A DNA stretch of 64,000 nt from Bugula neritina (lineage: Eukaryota; Animalia; Bryozoa). Positions 36,338-51,117 of this stretch are shown in pieces (the stretch's first letter is position 1; each line of letters begins with the position of its first letter). The position numbers and the translations under genes are program-made. The stretch is taken from contig OZ037765.1 in NCBI GenBank assembly GCA_964035545.1, positions 1,922,001-1,986,000 of the forward strand. The letters are read 5' to 3'. The notes under the pieces were generated by a model. The model was not told the DNA's origin, searched no databases, and saw only the letters and a list, made by a program, of their open reading frames with translations.

Positions 36338-39300
36338 GTACTGTCCCTACGATGTGGTAGGGTTGTGTCTGGGCCTACTTGGCGTCAGACTAACTGTTTG
36401 ACTCCTAGTAGGTAGCTAAAAAGCAGCTTTACTGCTTCAGCAGGGAGAAGTATACTGTATAGTGTAAGCTACAATGAAGTTGTTGAAATGTATGCATAAG
36501 CCACCAGTGGTCCATTGCAAATTTTAGCCAAAGTCATGGAGTTTTATTTTATTAACATGAGATACTACGAATTATATTGGACCGTAGTTTTTGTTTTATC
36601 TCCTTATATAAAAAGCTGTTGATTCTTAAACTACTTTGCATTCTTGTCTGAAAAGAAGCGTGCTGTTAAAAGTAACTGGTGCTCAATAGTCTAGACATTG
36701 TCTAGCTATTGTAAGCCCAGTTCAACAGTACTTTGCTGCATGCAAATATCTTAGCTGTTCTTTACTAACAGCCTCATTGCCAAATGATAAATTCCAGGAC
36801 TTTGCCCTGAGTTAATTGCACTGAAAAATTTAAATTTTCGAAAGAATGGGGGGATAACTTCATTATTACAACATCGGGTTAAAGAGATTTGGTCTCACTT
36901 CCAGCATCGGTTTATTTTTTATGACCTTGTCACTGCTTAGAACTTGAGCGCCATTGAGAACCAGGTCTTAGCGGACATGGTTCCATCTTCAGTAATTTGA
37001 TACTGCAGTGAATTCGTCTGGTTAAACTAATGGAACACTTCAGATGTATTGCCATTGTATTTCTGTCACTATCCACAAGATAACTTTCCTCTAATTGATG
37101 ATCTGGTGCTGTAACGCTAGAAGTGTTTCTGTATAATTAATGTTAAGGCAGTTTGAAGGAGACCAGTTATGTCTCTACAAGAATGTTGGCACCTTGGTTT
37201 ATGGGAATAGATCCAAGCCCATTTGTCAATGCACTGAAGCAAGGTATTGTTATGTAACATTTAATATGTGGAATACATTATCTTTATCTCATTGGTTTTT
37301 CAATTCACCTAATCCCAGCTATTTCATTTCCAATTTTAATGGAAGTTGAGTTAAAATATTCATTTGGCTTATGCCTTGATTAACCATTAGTATGTTGTTG
37401 GATTGCTTTATTGCTGCTGTTTTGGAATATTTTAGAAATTGGAAATCTCATCATGGTAAAGTTATGGAGAATGACAAAACAAAACTGTTAGAAAAAGGAT
37501 CGACTAAAATTCTCAGGAGAAACTGATAAATGTCTGCTGCTCTTCTACCAAAGTGAATCAGTTTGTGAAACATGACTCAAGGTTGTTGCGTTAACCATAC
37601 CTCCACTCAAAATTCTTCTCAACAACTTGATATACTTGAAAAAACTTAGGTCACAAACCAACTACTTGAGTGTTAATCAGCTTTTGTGGGAGATTTTTCA
37701 CCAATACAGTTGAATAGCATAATTCAGTCTTACTTAACCTTTTTCTATTCCCATTGAAAGTGCTTCAACTTGTCCTGTGTCATTTGATGCGTTGAGGACT
37801 GCTAGCAATTTACGCTAAATTTAAATAGAAATTTATTTCATTATTTAGAGAAGAATGGGTGAGTTGAATAGGTGAAGTACGTGTCAACAGTGCGCTCTAT
37901 TCTATCTTGATATAAGTATTTGCTAGAACAACATAAATTATTATCCAGTTGTAAATGTTGAAATAACAATCATTTGAACAGTTTCTTTTGATATTGGATA
38001 CTTGCAACTATCTCTCCTTGCTTCCATTAATCTGCTTTAATTTCTTCTCACAGCCACATCTACCTTCAACTAAATCTTCTCATCTACAAAATGAAATGTT
38101 GTTCCATATCGCCATATCAATATTCTAGAAATTAATTAAAATCCAAGTAGCGTATTGATGAAGTGATATGGAACGACTTAATTCGAGATAAGCTCTTTGG
38201 GCTTTCAATAAATATGTCAGATGATTTCAGTGACTGGCTCTCGGCTGTTGAGCTAGTTGTGAGCTAATCTCACTGCACATAATCTGCTGTTAATACAAGA
38301 TGGTGGAAAATTTTCATTTGTACCAAAAAATTAAAGGAGATTGTCATCAGAATCTTGCTAGTTTGATGTGGATGAAACTTATTGCACATTTCTAAGCTGT
38401 ATAAAAACATTTTCCATATGTATTTTGTATTCATGTACTTGAAAATAAATCTGAATATAATCACAGCCACCACATACATTAGTAGCATTATTGGGGCAAC
38501 AATAAGTATACCGTCACGGGAGCATTCCTGCATAATACAAACTATAATACCGTTCAAAATATAAGGGGTGCCAAAAAATAAAGCTATGCAACCCGAGAGG
38601 TCTGCTGGGATATTTGACCACAGCTGCTAACAAATTTCAGCTTTATTACTCATAGCAAACATGCTGGTAATAGCTGATAAACCAAACAATGTTATTAAGG
38701 CCTTTTTGTGGAGATAGGGATTTGTTGTTTAGTATGTGTGCTTAAATGGCGTATACTCTACGAAGCTAATTTTAGCCAATTGGGCCGGTAAGGTACCCTT
38801 GAAGGCGTATCCACTCTAGTAGGGTTTAGATGTCAAGTAAAGTGAATTAGAGAGATTGATCTTCAAGGAGAGAACATCTGTCATTTTTGCCTCAAGGCCC
38901 ATGGATTACAACTCTTAATGGTGATAATTAGGCCCAAATCTAAATCATAAAATCAGTGTCATTTGCTTTAAAACACTCTAGTATCCACTTCATAATCTGT
39001 AACCTCCTATGTCAATAACTAAACTGGGAAACAATTCTGCAACAACTGTCAGACTTGCTGTAGCTCTTTACTGCACTGAACTCTCATCAAGTATAACAAT
39101 TATTTTATTCTTACAAAAATGTGTTTAATGGACATAATCTTGTGAAATATTTTATTGAAATAGTTTGCCTAGTGTAATTCAGTGCAAGAATATAAATGCA
39201 TATGATAATCTGTGAGGATGAAGAGTCATTATATATTATTATCTAAAAGTGCAAGATGCTATGAAACCTGCAATATATATAACTTGCTCTTTACACTATT

Positions 39301-42300
39301 GAATGTTAAGCAAAGTTTTTTGCCATTCCGGTTGATTTATATAAAAATCTAAAATTTAAGAGTAAACTTTTAGTTGAGATGCAAGATTTCGCATAAGCCT
39401 GTTTGAAAGTTAAGGTCACTTTAGCTTATTGAACTTTTTCATTGAAAGTTATATTTTATCTTGGTTTTTTACACTTTTAATTACTCAATTTAATGATGAT
39501 GAATCTTTATTTCAGCTTAGTAATATTTTGCAAATGCACTTGTTTAATATGCTCCAACATCATTTCTTTTTTGCAAGTCAAAGTAATATTTAATAATTTA
39601 ATTCTACATTTTCAAAAACATGGATTTGGTTTTGTGGCCTACTAAAAACTTTAAATATTGTTTGCATAAACTGCAGAAAATCAGTTGAAATAAGTGACCC
39701 AAGTACCTAGAGAAACCTGCAACCGAGTGTCAACACTTGATATGGTGGCCTAGAGGTTGGAAATGATCTATGAACATTTAATTACATCTCAGTGGGACAC
39801 CCAGTTTTTAGCCGTTTCCTAATTATCAGTGCAATAGTTTTAAACCACACAAACCAATCAATATCTAAACATAGCTACTTATACTAGAAAACTGCCTTTT
39901 AAAGCCAATTCTGGGTCTCAAAGTTAAAATTCCTTTCTAGGAAACCTCTTTAAAAAGTTTGAATTCAAATAGTTTAAAAATGTTAGTACAACAATAGATG
40001 GGGAGGAGAGGGAGGCAGCTAATTAATTCATAGATGTATAGGCAGCAGATTGCTACATCACCGCTGAGATAATTTTGAATCTCACAGTCATTTTGCTTAT
40101 TTAACTCTGTTTCCAGTATGCTTTCTCCACTGATAAAGATGATGAAAAATTTTGGCTGTTTCAGAAACTGTTTTTCGACTATTGAGCCTAGCAAGAACAA
40201 CATTTGCAATTTAAAAGTAGTTCCAGGAGCCGCTGCAAATCTCTGATAGGATTTTAGCCTCCTTCTGCAATATGTTCAACAGGTTTCTTGGGCCTTCATA
40301 AGTTGAGTTGAGTTGGTAGAAACTATATTTGCATTTCTTTGGTAGCTCCTGTTTGAAGCCATTGAATTCAAAGCTTATTTGACTTGTGCTTTATTTACAC
40401 ACTCATTAGCAAAAAACTGTTCGTATAATTGATTAGTCTGCTAGGTTCATTTGTTTTCTCTTTGAGACATTATTATCGTGTAAAGGATATTTCTGGTTTA
40501 TGTAAACTTCTCTTTTATTCTACTGTAAGCTTTTACTTAACTCGTCTCGGGAACATTAGTATGTAACTAAATATTTTATTATGATCAATAGAGAAGCTAA
40601 CAAAATCCAATATTTTATTTAGAAGTTTTTTTCATTCGGATCACTTGTTACCTAATACTTGAATCTACATCTTCTAGTCTTGTACTTATTACTTTGTTCC
40701 ACTGGTTGTTGATGTAGTGAAGACTATTTACTCTCGACTCATTTATCAAAAGGCAACTTTCGCTCTTCATTTTATTTATGGTAGAAATGGAATCCAGATG
40801 GTTGAAAGTCGTTTATAAGTTCATTGCTAATTTGCCGTTGATTCTGCACTTAATACGTGTGATATTGTCGCAGCATGTTCATGCTATATCCAGATAAGTA
40901 AAGGGCACTTTGCTGTTCATGCCATAGGAACAGCTGAGAGAGTTTGATTGATGAGTGACTGACTGTCAGAGCACATGTCTAAGATAGTCATTCATCATCT
41001 CTAGAATTTATTATATTAGTTATACAGTTATTATTATAACCAGTTTATAATTAATATGAACTGGGGTTACATCTATGTGTGAGTACACATGAATTATTAT
41101 GTGGCAATACATCATAATCTGTTTCTTTTCCTAATATAATATATAACTTCACTGAATAATTATGTCATTATTTTCTAAGCTATACTTTGTTGCTCTAATA
41201 AAGCTCTAGCTGAGTATTATAAGCCCATCTGTCTTTTTCTTATCATCATCTTATATTTCTCGCATTAAAATTTTTCTTCTGTTTATAAATATCCAAATGA
41301 GAAGCTAACATTCTTTACTCCCAAAAAGCCAAGCCTTATTTTCAAAAACCTAAAGCTGATGTATACATAAATATCAAGATAGAGCTTTTTATTAATTTTA
41401 CTGCAAAAATCTTCATATAAGTGAAAACCCAACCATGCAGCTATATATTTAGTTATCCAATAAATTAGAACTATTTTTTTCACACATTCACCAGAACTGA
41501 ATAGCTGAGCTAGAAATGTCTATTAATTTTCTCTCAATAATATTTGTGGCTAATTAATAGTGAATTAATGTCATTGTTATACCAATATTTACATTAATAA
41601 TTCCCATTAACACAATTCAATGATTATAACCAACAAATTCATTTATCATGCGTCACAGTTAGTAAATTAACTTTTGCTTTTCAAATATTTCAAACTTCAA
41701 GTTTTGCATATTTTATTTATTCAATTTACTTAAAATTGGCTCAAAATATGAAGTCTTCATTGCCAACATGTTTTACTGGTAATATACCGCCAATATACAT
41801 TATTTTGCTATGCGTTGACATCAGGGTGAATGTAATTAATTCCTATTGAATTTACTCAGCATACAATAGCCAAGTACATATTGGTTTATCACCAGCCCCT
41901 GCACCCTACTACCTTTTTGGAAACTTATTTGAATTTTTGGCAATCCATTAGCCTAAGAATTTTTAGCCGAAACTTGGGTGGCATTTGCATACATTCAACA
42001 ACTCTAGATTTGACAGATTTTAGGTCTATAACTGTATAGCATGCAGGTGGACACTTAAGGAACTCTCCCTTCATATTTGGTACTAAAATTTGATTAAATA
42101 TGTAAAAATATGATATTATAAAATCTATTAATTTAAGATGTTATGATGTGGACAAGGCAATGTGACAATTTATGTGAAAGTTTGTCAAATTGCCTGTCAC
42201 CAACCCATATGGTCAGCCAGTTCAGGTTTTATGATATCTCAGCTTTAACTCCACCTAAAACTATGCTCCGTATATTACTAAACCAATTCTCAGTGATAAA

Positions 42301-42585
42301 TTCCTGGCCAATATGCGACTTACTTGTGCAATACACTTTCAATCGGCCACCATAATTATATGCTTTTGAGACTAAACAATGAAAGTTATTTTCAAAGAAG
42401 TGGGGTTTCAACCTTGAGTCTAGATTAAGCCCTTTTTTATTGCTGATGTCTTGGTAGTAGTAACCTGCACGTTTACAGACATAGGGCGATGCAAGGGTTC
42501 AAACCCCACTACTGACAATTTTTTTTCAATTAATTGCGGTAGCTCAAATAATATTTGACTTGACCATATTAGTGCTGTTTGTCAG

Positions 42586-42752
42586 GCTGGCTATCTCTAC
42601 TGTTTGATCTTGGAGTATGTGTCCAATAAGCACCTTGGCAGCTATCTGAAGACGCTGCCTCTCTGCAGGATGAGTGAGATGGTAGCATGGCCTCTGATTA
42701 GACAGCTTGCATCTGGACTCATGCATCTACACCAGAGGAACATTGTGCATAG
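42586..42752 (+). CDS. Kinase exon 3 (hinge to HR)
   Basis: CAG|AGYLYCLILEYVSNKHL...IRQLASGLMHLHQRNIVHR|GTTTGC, phase 2. Confidence 0.92.
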
Positions 42753-45700
42753 GTTTGCTATTTCTAACAGTAGGTTTCTATATTGTATTTAGCTTTTTGT
42801 TAATGTTAGTTATATCCCTCCTTCAAAAGAGATTAGGAATAATAATATGTATAACTTTTAGCTGGCTTTAAGAACTGGGGCTAAATGCCATTAGCAGCAA
42901 ATTAGATAAACACTATACCAAGTCAAATCTAGAAATCTAGAAAACCTATAACTTATAGTACTGATTATTTTAATGTTACATAATCTCAAGACTAACTGCA
43001 ATAGAACTTCCCCAATACCTATTATCTATTATATAATAACCTAATTGCACTGTGAAAATAGTTCAACAGTTTTGGGTTGTTGCATAATACTAATAACTGA
43101 ACCACACTATGGCAGACATTATTTCTAGGTAAAATGGGAGCATAAGCGTATTAAGTGTGTGTATATTACATAACAATTGATTCCGGATGTTAAACGACAT
43201 TTACTATTGTCCTTGGTGAATTTTGGGGGAGTAAAATTTTTACCTTATATGGGATAAATAAAAATGATATAAAATCAACTGCTGTTTCTGTGTCAGCAGG
43301 AAATCCTCTCTTCCCATCCTCCATAGCCATGTTCTAGAACCTTCCACGCACTTGATCTTATCATTGAGTACATTGTCAACACTTGCTATCACTTGCTAAC
43401 TTATGTCAGTTATAGCTACCTACTTTTCAATGCCAGATTTTTAGTTAATATTATTTTGAAAAAAATTTTCATTTTGAATTATTGCAAAGATTAAAAAGTC
43501 AATTAGCTAAACTTCAGACCGATTCTTTAAAATAGATTTGCGATTTCATGAAGCAAGAGCAAACTGAAATGCAATACATTATATCATCTTGAAAGTGGTT
43601 TGGAAAATCGTCACTGTGTCACTACTGCTGCTCATTTCCTCAACTTAGCCTGTTAATCAACCAACTTCCCATTAGTGTCAGCCTCTCCACCACTGACTTC
43701 TCTTCTAAATTCTAGAACTTGGCCTTTTTTGCACCCGCTGTCAAGACGCAGGCGTTGAGTCACTTCGATGAAGCATTTAGTATCCAAACAGATTTGTGGG
43801 AACTTCTACCTAAAAATAACTCTGAAAGAGCCATAAAAATAATAAATTACTGTTTCTTAGTGATAATTGGTGCTAGGCATGATATTGTGGTTGTAATTGT
43901 GCTACTTGCTACTGCACCACAGAATGCAATTGGATCTGGTCTATAAGGGCCATCGTGACTGAAACCCTGGCCAGTCAGTTGCTTAATCCATAAGAGGGAG
44001 TTGTGGTAGCCCATCAGCACAAATTTAAGAGATATTACTTTAATGATCTCCAGGGTGTTACCTATAAGCGCACTTCAAGTTTTTCAAAGTTATCTTTATT
44101 TTAAAAGACAAAATATTGCTTCACTGCTGCATTTAAACCTTTTTATGGCCTAATCTAATCTCAACATAATGTAACTGCCTACTAGGCATGTAATAGATGA
44201 CAAGCCCTTCTTCTTCCAGTATTTCACGCTTGCTTTGAGAATAAGTGACACATTTACATAGAATTATGTCTATCCCAATAGTTGTCCCATGTTTTTATCA
44301 CTAATTTCGAATTAGCCAGAAAATATGCCTCGTGTCGACTGTTCTCCCTCCCCACGTCATAACATCAACCCTGATTAGATAAGAATGGCGCCAAATTTTA
44401 TAGGTTCCCTCAACCAATACACTATTTCATAATTTTATGTTAGCTATTTGACATTAGGTTCAGGTAGACAGGGTGTGTTAGATTGTGTTTAATATCTGCA
44501 AAGCAGGCAGGGACGGGTTTAGTAACCCTTCAGTAGTTTGACACTTTGGTTACCAGACGGCTACATTCGATTATTGATAAGAATGTTGAAGAGAGCCTCA
44601 AGTATAATTCTTCTCTCAAAAAGTTCAATTGGAGCGTCTTTTAGCAATTTTGTAACATATTTTGTAATTGAAAGTATGTGAAATATTTGTTTTGACTTCT
44701 AACTTTTAGTTGATATTGTAACGTAGAATTCCATGACAAGCCTCGATAGCTTTGATTCAGATATTATCTTAATATGACTCTAAAACACCTAATTTAAACA
44801 CTAATTGCCCAAAAACCAGGAGTGGTCTATCCATTACTGTAAAAGGTGTTAGCATAATGTTGGATTAGTGTTGGGTGGTAGTTTCATGATATCATTTATA
44901 ATACTAAGGAGAGAAAATAATAAAATCACAAAGTGCTGCTTAAACTTGAAGAGTTGGAGCCTAAAATACAATAACAATAAATTTAATATCACATTTTATG
45001 TTGGGATATTAATTCTTGTATCCAACCACCCTAATAGGGAATATAAGTATTGTGTGACTGTAGGTGTTGAAAGTAAACTCTAGTATACAAATCTGTGAAT
45101 TTTTGATTCAATTCCTGGTACTTTTGCAAGTTGGAAAAGCTGCTTTGATGATTGAGTTATAATTCTGGCGCTGCTAGTTCTATCTTTTATAGTTCACAGG
45201 AAATGGGCTAGTTTTATTGGTCCTTGTTTGGTCCTCCTTCAACCAAGCATTTAGCTTAAATAAAATTATCTTTAAGCTGCTTCTAAATTGAGAAGTGTAG
45301 GAACTAACACAATATATTAGCATCATTGTTTAAGTTGTTGAGACATTTCAGCTTCACCTCCATAGAATGCAGGACAGTCTCTAAACTATTGGACATTCGG
45401 TGATATTTTTGAGTAACTTGAAGTACAGAATGTAAGAAACTTTCTCACGCCTGCACTTATAATGATAAATGTAAGACCTTATATCTATCACAGTAGTTCC
45501 AGCAAATTAGTCCAGTTTTATTTACACGTACCCAACTTTGCTATAGATATTTCTGATTCATATGATGATCAATACTGTTGATAAAAATATGATATAAAAT
45601 TGATAAATGTCAAGTATTGCTAATTTAGCCCCTGTACCTGCATGTTGATTTAAACGCCTTAAAGAATTGAGACATTTCCGGGTTCCAAAATTCACGGATT

Positions 45701-46681
45701 AGTTGAAGGTTTGAAGTTATGCCAAAAGACCATAGGAAGTAATCAAAGTTAGCTGCTGGCTGTTGATACGTGAGAAGCTACAGACTGGCAAGATATTTGC
45801 ACAGAGGGTGGTGTGCATCTCTCCCTTCTGCACTAATTAACATTGTCCCAGTGCTACATCAAAGGCAGCTAATCTCCAAATTCAAGTAGTCCTGCATGCT
45901 TGACAATAAAAATTGAGATAAAGTGCACCATCAAATATTGCACCACTTCAAACTAGCGACCATATGAATTAAGATTTTATATTTCTGCATTGTATAATAA
46001 ATAATTAGCTCTTTCTTCAGTGAAATTGTGGAATTGTATTTTTTTTCAAGTGCCCTTCAGATCTAATGAGTACACACCATTTAAAAAGTACTTCTATTAA
46101 TAGCAATTTTGTGATTAAAATAACCACCCGATCTATTTTTAGACAACCAGCACCTAATAGCCTGGCTTCCCAAACTTATTAATATAAAAATGTTTTTAAT
46201 CCTTTCCTTCATCAAATTAAATGACATTCTACAGTATAAAATGAGCTGACTGCACTTGGACATGCAAAGCAGGTAGAAATTTTGGAAACCAACAAATGAC
46301 ATTTACTCTGATCACATTAAACCACATGATTAGCCTGTCAATTTCCTGACATGAGAGTTCGTCTCCAGAGCTAAATTCTCCAGCAATGATGTCTTGTGAC
46401 TTGTTCCTCAGGGGAAACATTGGTGAAGATAACTGTATGCTATAACACTTCTCAAAACAGTCATTAACATACTAGATTATGGTGTTGACATAATAGGTGA
46501 TTAATATTACTCTAATTATCATATAAAAAACTCAAAATCACTTCCTTTTAGCTAGAGTCAAATTTTTACACAATCTAAGTTAATTTAATCATTGCTATGC
46601 AAGCATAGAGTCAATGCAGCCTTTAAAATGGCAAATCCATATAAACTTTAAGCACAGACCCTTGGTACTAAAACCTCAAAC

Positions 46682-46881
46682 ACTACTGCTACCACTACTA
46701 GATACTACTAGATACTACTACTACTACTACTGCTACTGCTACCACTACCACTACTACTACTGCTACCACTACTACTAGATACTACTACTACTACTGCTGC
46801 TGCTACTACTACCACTACAACCACTACTACTACTACTAGATACTACTACTACTACTACTGCTACTACTACTACTACTACTG

Positions 46882-46932
<51 letters not shown>

Positions 46933-47040
46933 GTAGTAGTAGTACTATTACTACTACTACTACTACTACTAGTACTACTACTAGTAGTAGTACTAGTACT
47001 ACTAGTAGTACTATTAGTAGTACTATTAGTAGTACTGCTA
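46682..47040. repeat. (CTA)n/(TAG)n microsatellite with orientation switches
   Basis: ~360 bp of ACT triplets with interspersed AGT runs. Confidence 0.97.
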
Positions 47041-48803
47041 CTCCAACAGAGCCAGTCATTTAGTAAATCATTGAGCAGCTGTCTCCATACAGGTTCACGC
47101 ACTGTTCTCAGTCCCATTTGTTTATTATATAATCACACAACTAAATTGTCAATTTGACAGATGAAATGTTACGTATTAGCAACATTAACCTGTCAACTCA
47201 TAATCTTGCAGTTTAATTAGTAATTTTATTGTTTTACATTTATCACTTTTTCAGAAGTTGAACTTTGACCCCCATCAGCGTACATGTTGACAAATTCCAA
47301 ATAGACTGGCCCAGAAATAAGATTTAAGGCATTTCTAAAACCTGCAGATACTCTCATTAGTGTCATCCTGCCTTGCAAATCTACAGAAGTTACCTGTTTC
47401 TAGTGTCATATAAATTTTGCTATGCGCACATAGTACCTGTCAGCGGTGTCATAGATGACAACAATACTTGAAGTTGAAGAGAGAACCTGCTTACAGGTGT
47501 CAGTTCTATATAGAGCTGTTCCCATTGAGAAATGTGCATAATTACAGCTGATATTTTGAGTTTTAGCCTAATTATTGGACTGAGCTGTGCACATTACCAT
47601 CAAAAACAGTTATAAATGTGGTTTGAATGAAAAGTCTGGCTTTTTCTTTTGAAATTAGACCCATGATTCACTCTTGCAGAGTTTTAAGCTTTCAAGAAAT
47701 ACCAGCAATTGATTTAGAAAAAAACTCTTGATAATATATTGTGTTTCAATTTGTATAATTAACCAATAGCAATTTAAGTGGGCACTCCCATAGCTAGAGA
47801 TTTTCAGTATAGATGTAACTGTTAAGTTTAATCATATGAAATATTTCACAGGATTGCAATTAGACAGTAATTTACACCACGTTTCACTACCCTCGATGTT
47901 TTAATCTTGGGCTGAGTTAGTGGATCTAACAAATTTTATTACTTGATTAAAGTTGGTGATGCAAGCAGTGTATTAGCATCAATCTAGATTGATGGTGCAT
48001 CTTGACTGTTATTTAAAAGGATGGAAAGGTGTAAATTCCATCTATTATTGTAACATTTTTACAGTTGAATCTATTTCCTACCGTAGTCTATCTTCTAGTC
48101 AGTTGCTATAGTTACGGCCTGTTATCTAGTGTAATGACAATTTAATTATAATCAAGTTTTAAATGATGCAAAAGCAGTTAAATCCAACTAAATTATGTAA
48201 ATCTTTCACTTATTTCTATCGCTATATTTTAAAATTCTTGTTGAAGTATTTGGTTTTATGATTATGTCAAGTTACAGTAGATGGTGCTAATTCAATTTCT
48301 ATAAATACAGATTTCTGTAAAAGCTATTCAATACCATAATATTCTGCACTAAAGAAAAAACACTGATTTAGGTTTATTCCATGAATAATTTTCTTTGAAT
48401 TTACCTATCAATAAACTCTGCTTTTAATTCTCAAAGTGTACTTTTGTTCATAATAATAATTTATGGGACAAATATTTCATTTTAAGATGTTAAAATGTAT
48501 TTACAAGTAATTATGTTTGTTTTTTATTTTTCTTGTTAGCAGTAAATGTTGCTGTTGTTATGCAATCTCACTGAAATCACAGATGAGGCACATTGAATAA
48601 ATTATGCTGTTTAACCATGAATTAATGGTGCTAACAGACCAAAGGCTGCCCTTTTTCATTTAGAACTTTGCTTGTGCAGTTCAAGCATATCTACAACATA
48701 TTTTATTTTCTGCAACCTCAGATACTTCATATACCTTCTATACTGTATATTATGATGTTTTACAGCTACTAGTCGTACTTGATAGACCACCCAGTTATAT
48801 TGG

Positions 48804-49032
48804 TTCTCTTGCTTGTTTCTGAGGACCTCCCAGATGTAGTGTTTCTCTGTGTTGTCTCAGAAGACCTCCCAGGTGTAGTATTTCTCTGTGTTATCATAGA
48901 AGACCTCCCAGGTGTATCGTTTCTCTGTGTTGTCTCAGAGGACCTCCCAAATCCCTTGCTTGTTGTCAGAGGACCTCCCAGATCCCTTGCTTGTCTCAGA
49001 GGACCTCCCAGATCCCTTGCTTGTCTCAGAGG
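48804..49032. repeat. Minisatellite, 39-bp units changing to 30-bp units, core GAGGACCTCCCAG
   Basis: Core starts at 48822, 48861, 48900, 48939, 48970, 49000, 49030. Confidence 0.93.
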
Positions 49033-50903
49033 TTGTAGGCTAGCAGGAAGTGAAACAGTCTAAAATATTTTACTCGACTAGTAGTTGCCAACTTTCAATT
49101 CAAATTGTTTTTTCTAACTCAGAACTGTCATATTTTGGAGATAAATTAATAATATTTCCTGTGAAGTTGAGGTTTAGCTAACTGGATCCGTCATTTCTAG
49201 TTTAAAGCAAATAAAATTTAGTCTTTTCACTGTTGCTATGGATTTCACAGCACCTCACAGAAATCTACAGGTTATTTGTTATTTCAGTTGCTATGGTTAT
49301 CGCTGAACGTTGCCAAGAGCTCAAGGGTTTCAGAGTTTGAGTGTAGGCTGCTAAGGTTGGCCTATAATATCCTAATTGGAAGGTTGCAAGTTCCAGTATT
49401 TTGTTTCACCTAAAAGAGCAACTATCGCATATGTGTGGGTTCCAGTCAATGCTGTGGAGGTAATATAGTTTGAAAATAAAAATTCTTCAGAATCTCTTAT
49501 AGACTAGTCAAATGCAACTCTCACTTCTTTTTAACATTTCTCTCAACTCAACTGAAACCCGGTCTTTGTCATTGAGTGGAATTCAGGTGTTGCTTATTTG
49601 TGATTTGGAATGCAAACTCTGAGATTCTATTTGGACAATGTGAATCAAGTTGAAAGGCTGAAAACATTATAATTGGTCTAGAAAGTTTTTCTATTCTTGA
49701 CCCTTATAGTGATCCGTAATTAGCAGCAACTAAAAGCTACCTCATTTTCCCAGATCATCGATTCTATGCTGGCATTAAAGATCGGAGGAAATTGTTTCGC
49801 TGTGGTTGTTAATATTTATGTAATCATGTATCTACATGTATTAGATTTATAATTATAATAATAATTACAATTACTCATCACTAAAGGACAGGACATGAGT
49901 CATCTGGTAATATTGTAATCACAGTTGTCTTAGCCAGTTACTAGACTTGTTACTGGACCAGGCTTCTTTTCCACCAGTGCCTGCACCTCTTGGCTGGTGT
50001 TCCATCGGCAGCAGTATTGATCTGCTATAAGCAGCAGCAATTATGGTGGTCCTGAAACTTTGACTGATGCAGCATCAGTAAAAGTTCCATTGCCTCCATA
50101 TATGAGTGTTTATAGCAGACCCATTCTGGTACAAATGCCATCTTACTTCAACCTACACAAGTCTTTTGCTGTTCATGATCACCATGATTATTACATTGCA
50201 TAATTATATCCGTAACATATATATGATCGATTATCAACTTATTTGAAGAAATGATATTTTATGAAGAATGCCAAGCAGTTTGTGATGTAATAAGTTTGTA
50301 AGATTACCGTAACTTCTAGGTGCTGCACAATTTTGTACCAGCCATTAACTTACCTGGCAGCCATATTGGTCCTGCGATAAAGCAAAGCAGAAATCTAATT
50401 GGTTAAAGCTGTAATTACCTGCTCTTGAAAATAAATCTTGATATATATTTTTTATGATTATTTAACCAATTCCGGCTTATGTTACATTATAACTCACTTG
50501 TGATTCAGAAGCCCCTACGAAATTTTACTGGTTTAGTCTGTTGAATATGTGGTTTTTATTTGCCCTCAAATATTAATACAATTCAATACCCTTCAACATT
50601 ACAGGCTTATAATAATTGTCCTAAGACAACTGAAATTAATCACAGCAAATATAATAATAAATGACATTTACTTATAACTCAGGAAATGTTAGCTCATCAC
50701 GCTAATTACACATTACCTATAAATTATGATAATTAATCCGCTATGTTATATAATGGAGCAAGTTGCACTGCACATAATTATGACTATCTCTTACACCAAA
50801 GACTAGTACCCCAAGTTCCCTACACTTTACTGCATGCTCCGTAGAGTTTGAAATATTGCTTTAGCTAATCTTAAAGTGAGCTGCTTAAAGTTGGCCAGTT
50901 TTT

Positions 50904-51117
50904 TAGTCTACACTTCTCTCTAGTCTGCACTTCTCTCTAGTCTGCACTTCTCCCTAGTCTGCACATCTCTCTAGTCTGCACATCTTCCTAGTCTGCACAT
51001 CTCCCTAGTCTGCACTTCTCCCTAGTCTGCTCATCTCTCTAGTCTACACTTCTCTCTAGTCTGCACATCTCTCTAGTCTGCACATCTCTCTAGTCTGCTC
51101 TTCTCTCTAGTCTACAC
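50904..51117. repeat. Minisatellite (TAGTCTGCACWTCTCTC) x ~12.5
   Basis: 17-bp unit read directly. Confidence 0.96.

Noticed and set aside
46775-47117. Poly-Val and poly-Ser ORFs
   Set aside because: Translations of the (CTA/TAG)n microsatellite.
47977-47994. 18-bp perfect palindrome CATCAATCTAGATTGATG
   Set aside because: About one such palindrome is plausible by chance in 64 kb of AT-rich DNA; no supporting context.
48779-49063. 94-aa ORF with SEDLP/RGPPRSLAC repeats
   Set aside because: Product of a minisatellite with unit lengths divisible by three; non-ATG start, no domain.
50904-51117. CRISPR-like appearance of the short repeat arrays (also 48804 and 63236-63953)
   Set aside because: No unique spacers, no cas genes, eukaryotic intron context.
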